32,000 nt of DNA from the NCBI RefSeq assembly GCF_000010625.1, contig NC_010296.1, positions 1,110,001 through 1,142,000 of the forward strand. The letters run 5' to 3'. Under the pieces are notes generated by a model. It saw nothing but the letters and a program-made list of their open reading frames with translations, ran no database searches and was not told where the DNA came from. Origin of the DNA: Microcystis aeruginosa NIES-843 (GTDB taxonomy: Bacteria; Cyanobacteriota; Cyanobacteriia; Cyanobacteriales; Microcystaceae). Below are positions 25,194 to 32,000 of the stretch, in pieces (within the stretch, counting starts at the first letter, position 1; each line of letters opens with the position of its first letter). A program made the translations under genes and the position numbers.

Positions 25194-25760
25194 TTAAACT
25201 AATCTCCCCTCATTCATAGGTGGAAAACGATGATAATACATGGCAATCATCATGGGAATTAGAACCATTAAGTTATAGAAAAGATGCAGTTCTAACCGAG
25301 GAAACCAAATTTGTCCAATACTAATAGGAACGCGAGAATCCCATAAGTTTTGACCAATAATTGCCTGTCCTAAGAGTAAAGCGTGTTCAAAATGATGATA
25401 GAATTGTAATCCTAAAGCCAAATCCCACCAAAGACGAGCTTTTCCATGAAAAGAAGGACGAAAAATGGCTAACCCTAATAACATAAAAAGAGCGTGTCCA
25501 TAGTGTAGCCATTCCGAGCGCATTAACCAAGGTTTCCAGAGTCCTAATAACCCTAAACATTCTGGTCTCGGCCATCCTAAACCCCACAATTGATAAGCTT
25601 GAATAATATGTTCTGAGATGTGGGCAATAGTCACTATCATAAAGATTTGCATCCCCAATTTATGCCAGCGTCCATTCATCGCATAAACGAAAGAACGGAT
25701 GATATTTGAAATCAGTTGAATAGGGTTTCTTTGGTTAGGAATTTGTCGAACTGTGGTCAT
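25194..25760 (-). CDS. Small polytopic membrane protein with three His-box-like motifs
   Basis: The 188-aa product has about 4-5 hydrophobic helices and the motifs HISEH, HYGH and HHFEH at helix edges. It starts 49 nt after the PKS stop codon on the same strand. Confidence 0.6.
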   Translation of the reverse strand: MTTVRQIPNQRNPIQLISNIIRSFVYAMNGRWHKLGMQIFMIVTIAHISEHIIQAYQLWGLGWPRPECLGLLGLWKPWLMRSEWLHYGHALFMLLGLAIFRPSFHGKARLWWDLALGLQFYHHFEHALLLGQAIIGQNLWDSRVPISIGQIWFPRLELHLFYNLMVLIPMMIAMYYHRFPPMNEGRLV

Positions 25761-25809
25761 GATTTAGTTCTCCTGTGGTTTTAAAAAGGGTAAAACTGGA
25801 TAATTTTTA

Positions 25810-28800
25810 TCAGAAAAACTTTGATAGTTCTGTCTGAAGTAAGTCCGATTTTTCTGGAACTGTCTGGACAAATATTGCCAAGATGAAAGCTGTCTTGGTT
25901 TCTCGGAAATAAACAGGTAAAGTGATAATTAAATCCTTTCCTGAAGATAACCACAAAATAGGGGATAAAGGGGTTGATTGTTGAGAGAAAGACGATAAAG
26001 TTAACGGGATATCGAGACTCAAACCCGCTTTCTTAATACTTTCTTTAGCAGACCAAATGCGAGTCGCTGCAATATTTAAATCCTCATGATTCTCTTGACT
26101 AATTACCTCCGCTAAATTAAAGGAATTTTCCCCCAATAAATCCCGCCACATCTGCACATTGCGGGGGATAATCGGTTCCAGATCGCATCCTGACGCACCC
26201 TTAAGCACAAGGGTTAAATCTTCGGCATGAGACACCGAAACCGCCTCGTTATCGCTTAATTCGGGCTTGCCATCCCCCCGACGCTGAATCACACTAGGGG
26301 ATGAGGTTAACATCCCTAAACTGCGATCGCTTCTGACTCGTCTTTCTACCGTTGCATCCTGATCGAGAATTAAAGTTAAATCGACATTAGGCATCACCTC
26401 CTTAATCTTTCGTTCTAAATAACAGGGTAAAAGGGCTGGAATCCAGGTATCTTGAGGATTTCTGTGTTTAATCACCTTTAATTCCAATCCTTGCCACACT
26501 TCTAAGAGATTGCCATCGTTATTGAATACCTCAAGATCATAGACAAAGGTATCTCCTTGATGAAGTCTTTCTTTGGCTGAAACAAACTGATTTTCGCCTA
26601 AATTGACAGAATATACCGTTAAGCGTTCTATGCCAGTGGGTAGAATAGTGGCATGGGGAACACAAGCTTGTAAAGCATGGATAACGGCATCTCTTGCCCC
26701 TGCATCGCCTAAAATCAGGGATTGAGGTAAATAACGACTAAACCAAGCAGTTTTTTGCTCAATGTTAATTTCTGCAATACATTCGGTTGCTTTGAGATGA
26801 GAATAACCCTTAATTCGTTGAAATCTTGCTTTATGGAACAATAAATGACCATATAAGTCCGTATCTGGGTTAATTTGAGGGTTATTTTTTCCTTCTTTAA
26901 GGGGGACAGGGGGGATCATTGGGCGACAGTCTGGCTCCCCCACAGAAGAATGGCTGATGATGGCTTCAAAATGATCGATACTAAACCCTGTATTGGCACA
27001 GCGAATAACGGCCTTAACCTTTCCAGAATCGGTGATTAAGGTAGCAATTTGTATCTTTAAGGGTTGATCGGCAGAAACCACGATCGGACGGTTAAATTTA
27101 ACCGATTCAAACCTTAATCCTCCAGTTTCCCCCTTGTTAAGGGTTTGATCCTCCTTCCTTGCTAAGGTGGGGAGTAATGCAGTGGCCACCTGTGCGATCG
27201 CTTCTAACCCCAGGACACCGGGGAAAATGTATTCTCCTTGATAAACATGATCTTGTAAATAAGGATCATTGTCTAAGGATAATTCTGCTTCAGTAATCAG
27301 TTCAATTCCCGTGTAATCAACTTTCTTTGTCTCTAAAAAGCGTAAAAAAGACAATTCTTGCGGTTTTAAGCTTAAAGTCGGCGGTTCACCAAAACGCCCA
27401 GCGATAATGACAGAGGCAGTGGGTAGGGATTGATTTAAAAGTAAATGTAAGTATTTAATGCCAATATCGGGAGAAATAGGGGTAATACCTTCATTTCTTA
27501 GCTTTTCAACTGTTCCTAAACGTTCTCCCATGCCAATACCGGACCAAACCGACCATTCTAGGTTTAAACAGCGACAATTAGGGTATTTTCGACTAAATTC
27601 CGCTACAATATTCCCTAACCATTCATTGGCTAACCCATAGTCTGCTTCTCCTTTCAATCCAGTTTCGGCAATAATTGAACCGAAGCTGATTAAATAGTTG
27701 AGAGAATCGGGATTAATTTCCGTTAAGATATGTTGCAAACCCTTGACTTTTGGGGCTAAAGTTGCTAAGAAATCTTCTGGCTCAAGATGTTGAATCAATT
27801 TCGGTGTATTAACCCCTGCACCGTGTAAAATGCCCGTAATTTCTCCTAAATTTGTCTTAATTTCGGCGATAGTTTGCTGAACTGACTCAGCATCACTGAC
27901 ATCACAAGAATAATAATGGACTTGGATGTTTGCAGACTTCATTCTTGCTAAATTTTCGGCTAATTCTCGGTTATCTTCAGGTTGAGAACGTCCTAAAATC
28001 GCTAAGGTGGCTTTATTTTCTTTAGCTAAGGATAAGGCACATTCTGAGGCAATACCTCTCCCTCCCCCCGTCACCAAAAGAAGCTCCTTGATTTTGCTTT
28101 TATTTGGCCTTTTTAGGGCTTTTTTCTGCTTAGGGTTATCGGTATCTTTTTCTAACCCTAACAAGTTTAATTGACGAAGAAACCGTTTTCCGTTTTCATC
28201 ATAATAAACTTCTGTATAGCTATCGGTTGCAGTGATTTCTGAGAGAATGATATTAACTGCATTGGGATGATGAAAAGGAATATCAATCACACAGGTAGGA
28301 ATTTGACGATTTTCTAGATAAAAAGTTCTCGCAAAGGACGCATATCCTCCTCCTTGTTGAATCAAAATTAAGGGTTTTTTTTCTTTTATAGATAATTTTG
28401 CCCCTTTTAAAAGCAAATCGATTTCTGATTTATCAGGATAGGGTTTTAAACAAATAATAATCCCTTTTTCCTGCTCATGCTTTAAGGTGGGTTGTAAAAG
28501 AGATAGGTTAGGTAATAAAGGATGATCAGCATGGGCGATAATATGCCAATTTCCCGCTTTTTCTCGATTTATTTGCTTTTTATCTGATTTAATTAACGGT
28601 TTTTCGATTAATTCAACCGTAAACGCACGCACCCAATTATCAACACCCATAGGGATTGATTCTTGAGGAATTTGAGGATTATTTTTGCCTAATTCTTCTA
28701 AAGCTGCTGCTAGATACTGAATAGTTGCATTGGCATAATCTGTCGGTGAATGGGGAGGAGATAAGTCTAACTGACGCGCTGCTTCGATCACTAATTGACT

Positions 28801-31737
28801 GACACTGATAGAATTAAGGTGCAGATCCGCCAGCAAGCGATGATGATTTTCAATGGTTTCTAGGGGTAACTCTGTTTTTTGTGCGACTAATTGACGAATA
28901 ACTTCAATTTTTGAGGTTTGAGGTTTCAGGTTTGAGGTATTAGGTTTGAGGTTTTGGCTATGATTAGGTAATAAAAGATCAATATTCTCTACTTTTGCCT
29001 GTTGACTTTTGCCCTTTGCCTTGATCTCACATGGATTGCCAATAAAATGGGGTTGATAGTCTAAATTAAAGGGACGACTAAATCTATCTTCAAATAACCC
29101 TTGATAGTTAACCTTGACACCATTAACAAACATCACTGCAACCGTTTTCAATAACCCTTGTAAAGACTCACTACTGCTATCGAGAGAAATTACGGGAATA
29201 TCCGTTATATCTGCCACTAAACGGCTTAATATCGAACCAGAACCCACTTCAATGAATAAATCAACCTCTTTCTCTGCTGACTTGACTGCATCGATGAAGC
29301 GCACGGGTGAGGTGATTTGTTCTAACAAAAGCGAGCGCCAGTCGGTATTTAATGGCAATTTTTCGCCTGTTACGGTAGAAATAACCGTTTTTTCCAGGGA
29401 ATTTAAGGGATAAGTTTGTAAATAATCTTCTAAGGGTTGCACAGCCCGGGCCACTAGGGGAGAATGGAAAGCGTGGGAGACAGGCAAATAAACGGTTTTA
29501 ATGCCTTTATTTTGGGCTTTTTCAACAACATCTTTAATCCCTAAGGCCTCTCCTGAGATTATTGTCTGATAGGGTGAATTTAATCCCGCAATCTCAACGA
29601 TACGTCCATTTAATAAACTTTTAACCGTTTCTGCATCGGCGTTAATGCTGGCCATTCTACCTGTTGGGTGGCCCAGTTGTGCCATTGCTTGACCGCGAAT
29701 TTTAGCTAGATTAATTAATTGAGTCTTATCATAGGCATTTGCCCAAAATAAAGCGCATAATTCCCCTAAACTGTGTCCTATGGCTAAATCTGCTTTAATA
29801 TTTAAGTTTTCTAAGAGTTGTAACCCCCCTAGGCAAGCCGTAATGATCGCCGGTTGAGCAATATTCGTCACCGTGTTATCCTTACCCTTGGCTAACTGAG
29901 CCTTGTTATATAATTGTTTAATCACAGGAAAACGTCTTTCCCAGAGTCCCCCATGAAGATAAACTGGTGCGGATTGCCCCGGAAAGAGAAAACCTATTTT
30001 ATTGATCTGTTTTTCGTTATTGGTAAAGATATTATCTAAATTTTGACCGGGGGGGATCAACGAGCGCAAGCCTTGCGCTCCTACAAGGTGATTGGTTAAG
30101 CTATCGGGGGAAGATGCAATAATGGCCAGACGATAGGGTAAATGAGGATTGACCTTTTTCGCTAATTCAACGGCAAGATCCGTCATTTCTGACTGGGATA
30201 TGCGAGGAACAATATTTAATAACCGATTAACCTGTGCTTGTAAGTCTTCTTGACTATTTGCACTCAATAGGAATAACTCCGCATCTTGGGGAGAATGGAT
30301 TAATTTTTGTTCCTGTGGCGTTAAAGTGTGACGACGAATCTGACTTAATCCCTCTATGATAATATGACTATTAATGCCCCCAAAACCCATGGCACTCACT
30401 CCTGCCCGTAAAGGTAAGGAATTTGGCCAGATTTGCCCCTCTTTTAATACCTGTAACCTTGCCTTGTCTTCGGTTAACCGAGCCTGAGGGCGATCGCATC
30501 CCGTCACCGGTGGTAAAATTTGACGATGAACCGCCATAGTCGCCTTAATTAACCCTGCTATCCCTGCCGCCGCCTTAGTATGGCCAATATTCGCTTTAAT
30601 TGAACCAATAACGGCTTTATTTACCGTATCTGGATGAATACGAGATAAAACCTCTAATTCGGTTCCATCACCCACCGCCGTTCCCGTACCATGGCCTTCA
30701 AAATAAGCTATAGTATCCCCCGTAAATTCAGCCCGTTTATAGGCGCGATTTAAAGCAAATAACTGTCCTTCCACTTCCGGGCGAGTAATTCCGCCTTTGC
30801 CATCGGAAGAAATCCCCCAACCCTGAATAACAGCATAAATCCGTTTATTTTGGGCTAGGGCATCCCCATGACGCATTAACACCAGAAAACCGCATCCTTC
30901 CCCCGGAATAAACCCATTAGACCCTTGATCATACACTTTCATCTCCCCAGAGGCTAAGGCCCCCGTTTTAGCAAAACCCACCAACTCAAAAGGGTCCATA
31001 CTAATATCCACACCCCCGACTAAAGCGATATCTAAATCTTCAGCGACTAAAGCCGAACAACCATTCGCTACTGCCAGTAAAGAGGAACTACAAGCCCCAT
31101 CGACGATATATCCGCCCCCTTTTAAGTCAAAATAATTACAAATTCTCCCCGCTATCGTATTCGAGAGATTTCCCGCTAAAGATTCCTCTCCAATCGGTTC
31201 AAAGGGTTCTTTAAAGCGATTTTCTAATTCATTTAAGAAAATTTGCCGTTCTTTGTCCGATAATCCTTGTTTTAATAATTGTTCTTCTACCCTATGACGC
31301 ACATAGGGCCAACGCAATCTTAGGGTATTAGCCCGCGATAACTCGCCTGTGAGGGTATTTCCCAGTAAAACCCCGGTTGTTTCTTTATTTAACCCCTTTC
31401 CGTCGGGAAATCCGGCATCATTCAACGCCTGAGACGCAATATCTAACGCTAACCAGTGGGCTAAATCAGCCGAACGAAAGGTACTCCCCACCACTTTATA
31501 AGCAATGCGATCGAATTCATAGCCCTCAATAACGGCAGCTTGAGTCGAATAAATGACATCGGGGGCGCTTTTATCGGGAGAATAGTAGTCACTTAACGAT
31601 AATCGCTCTGAGGGAAAGCGACGAAATGCCCGACGCTGAGACAGGACATTTTCCCATAATTCCTGTGGAGAATCGGCATCAGGATAAAGACAAGCCATGC
31701 CAACAATAGCAATTTGAGGAGAAGCTTTCATAGTCAA
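25810..31737 (-). CDS. Iterative type I polyketide synthase, enediyne-type (PKSE): KS-AT-ACP-KR-DH-PPTase
   Basis: KS motifs are DGACSSSL (Cys216), EGHGTGT and NIGHTKAAAG. AT motifs are GFLFPGQSA, GHSLGE (Ser656) and HAFHS. The ACP-like motif is DLHLNSIS (Ser976). KR has the VTGGGRGIA Rossmann motif and ADYGLAN. DH has HVYQGEYIFPG (HxxxGxxxxP). The C-terminal PPTase-like motif is WSAKESIKKA. Confidence 0.85.
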   Translation of the reverse strand: MTMKASPQIAIVGMACLYPDADSPQELWENVLSQRRAFRRFPSERLSLSDYYSPDKSAPDVIYSTQAAVIEGYEFDRIAYKVVGSTFRSADLAHWLALDIASQALNDAGFPDGKGLNKETTGVLLGNTLTGELSRANTLRLRWPYVRHRVEEQLLKQGLSDKERQIFLNELENRFKEPFEPIGEESLAGNLSNTIAGRICNYFDLKGGGYIVDGACSSSLLAVANGCSALVAEDLDIALVGGVDISMDPFELVGFAKTGALASGEMKVYDQGSNGFIPGEGCGFLVLMRHGDALAQNKRIYAVIQGWGISSDGKGGITRPEVEGQLFALNRAYKRAEFTGDTIAYFEGHGTGTAVGDGTELEVLSRIHPDTVNKAVIGSIKANIGHTKAAAGIAGLIKATMAVHRQILPPVTGCDRPQARLTEDKARLQVLKEGQIWPNSLPLRAGVSAMGFGGINSHIIIEGLSQIRRHTLTPQEQKLIHSPQDAELFLLSANSQEDLQAQVNRLLNIVPRISQSEMTDLAVELAKKVNPHLPYRLAIIASSPDSLTNHLVGAQGLRSLIPPGQNLDNIFTNNEKQINKIGFLFPGQSAPVYLHGGLWERRFPVIKQLYNKAQLAKGKDNTVTNIAQPAIITACLGGLQLLENLNIKADLAIGHSLGELCALFWANAYDKTQLINLAKIRGQAMAQLGHPTGRMASINADAETVKSLLNGRIVEIAGLNSPYQTIISGEALGIKDVVEKAQNKGIKTVYLPVSHAFHSPLVARAVQPLEDYLQTYPLNSLEKTVISTVTGEKLPLNTDWRSLLLEQITSPVRFIDAVKSAEKEVDLFIEVGSGSILSRLVADITDIPVISLDSSSESLQGLLKTVAVMFVNGVKVNYQGLFEDRFSRPFNLDYQPHFIGNPCEIKAKGKSQQAKVENIDLLLPNHSQNLKPNTSNLKPQTSKIEVIRQLVAQKTELPLETIENHHRLLADLHLNSISVSQLVIEAARQLDLSPPHSPTDYANATIQYLAAALEELGKNNPQIPQESIPMGVDNWVRAFTVELIEKPLIKSDKKQINREKAGNWHIIAHADHPLLPNLSLLQPTLKHEQEKGIIICLKPYPDKSEIDLLLKGAKLSIKEKKPLILIQQGGGYASFARTFYLENRQIPTCVIDIPFHHPNAVNIILSEITATDSYTEVYYDENGKRFLRQLNLLGLEKDTDNPKQKKALKRPNKSKIKELLLVTGGGRGIASECALSLAKENKATLAILGRSQPEDNRELAENLARMKSANIQVHYYSCDVSDAESVQQTIAEIKTNLGEITGILHGAGVNTPKLIQHLEPEDFLATLAPKVKGLQHILTEINPDSLNYLISFGSIIAETGLKGEADYGLANEWLGNIVAEFSRKYPNCRCLNLEWSVWSGIGMGERLGTVEKLRNEGITPISPDIGIKYLHLLLNQSLPTASVIIAGRFGEPPTLSLKPQELSFLRFLETKKVDYTGIELITEAELSLDNDPYLQDHVYQGEYIFPGVLGLEAIAQVATALLPTLARKEDQTLNKGETGGLRFESVKFNRPIVVSADQPLKIQIATLITDSGKVKAVIRCANTGFSIDHFEAIISHSSVGEPDCRPMIPPVPLKEGKNNPQINPDTDLYGHLLFHKARFQRIKGYSHLKATECIAEINIEQKTAWFSRYLPQSLILGDAGARDAVIHALQACVPHATILPTGIERLTVYSVNLGENQFVSAKERLHQGDTFVYDLEVFNNDGNLLEVWQGLELKVIKHRNPQDTWIPALLPCYLERKIKEVMPNVDLTLILDQDATVERRVRSDRSLGMLTSSPSVIQRRGDGKPELSDNEAVSVSHAEDLTLVLKGASGCDLEPIIPRNVQMWRDLLGENSFNLAEVISQENHEDLNIAATRIWSAKESIKKAGLSLDIPLTLSSFSQQSTPLSPILWLSSGKDLIITLPVYFRETKTAFILAIFVQTVPEKSDLLQTELSKFF
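28905..28969. repeat. GAGGTTT-rich repeat element embedded in frame in the PKS AT-ACP linker
   Basis: CAATTTTTGAGGTTTGAGGTTTCAGGTTTGAGGTATTAGGTTTGAGGTTTTGGCTATGATTAGGT encodes ..PNHSQNLKPNTSNLKPQTSKIE.. on the minus strand. Its ends match the intergenic copy at 15989..16025. Confidence 0.75.
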
Positions 31738-31764
31738 TGACCAGGAGAATGTTACTGTAGGGGC

Positions 31765-31783
31765 GTAAGGCTTACGCCCTTTT
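31765..31783. repeat. REP-like near-perfect palindrome GGGCGTAAGGCTTACGCCC upstream of the PKS
   Basis: It has 9-bp arms and is related to the hairpin at 16222..16246. A second hairpin, GTGGGCTTTGCCCAC, follows at about 31816-31830. Confidence 0.6.
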
Positions 31784-32000
31784 CATTTGTAGTTTGTAGC
31801 TAAAAGCTGTAGGGTGGGCTTTGCCCACAAAAACCGCATAATATATTGGTTAGGGAGTTGATAAAATGCCAGAAGCCTGTACTAGGGGTAATTTTGCTTT
31901 TAAGGGTTCAACCGCTAATATCAACCCTCTGAAACAACACACCAGTGTCAATCCGAAAAACATCCCAAAAACAAGATGAAAGGACATCAAAATGCCATAA

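Noticed and set aside
25810-31737. Alternative reading of the large synthase as a PUFA-synthase (PfaA) or heterocyst-glycolipid (HglE) type enzyme.
   Set aside because: It has a single ACP-like region and a C-terminal PPTase-like motif, and it is linked to a hotdog thioesterase, DUF1702 and an UnbV-type gene, all of which fit PKSE better. Formal exclusion still needs a KS phylogeny.
31907-32000. Open minus-strand frame entering from the right window edge (..LWHFDVLSSCFWDVFRIDTGVLFQRVDISG*).
   Set aside because: Only 30 codons are visible and there is no motif, so it cannot be distinguished from a chance open frame.

Overview
The window is a cyanobacterial chromosomal segment. HIP1 GCGATCGC sites recur throughout (e.g. 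near 4245, 4421, 4651, 4766, 6527, 7391). Heptamer repeats, MITE-like elements and dense toxin-antitoxin modules give it a Microcystis-like look, but this is inferred by eye and no search was run. The left third (1-8000) is mostly housekeeping. It holds a partial PEP-CTERM protein, a dead IS fragment cut by a MITE, rlmN, a stand-alone CpcD-like gene next to petH (FNR), a ChaN-like protein, a CysQ-like phosphatase and a membrane GTPase. The middle (8000-16250) is accessory. It holds an inverted-repeat-bounded element, an AT-rich two-gene cassette, a BrnT/BrnA module and an RHH gene followed by a disrupted partner. It also holds an ~800 bp ORF-free field of iteron-like and phased repeats and an orphan BrnA copy, with 151-bp direct repeats bracketing 2.1 kb. 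These are followed by an alpha/beta hydrolase, cysH, a hypothetical gene and an orphan ABC-2 permease. The right half (16258-31737) is the main find: an enediyne-type (PKSE) polyketide cassette. It contains a 1975-aa KS-AT-ACP-KR-DH-PPTase synthase, a hotdog thioesterase, a DUF1702/UnbL-like protein and an FG-GAP + ASPIC/UnbV protein. It also has a DevB/DevC exporter pair with no DevA ATPase, an SCP2-like protein and a small His-box membrane protein. A VapBC module and an Rpn-family gene with a 257-bp tandem duplication interrupt the cluster. No rRNA, tRNA or CRISPR array was seen. All family assignments rest on motifs read from the translations and no database was queried.
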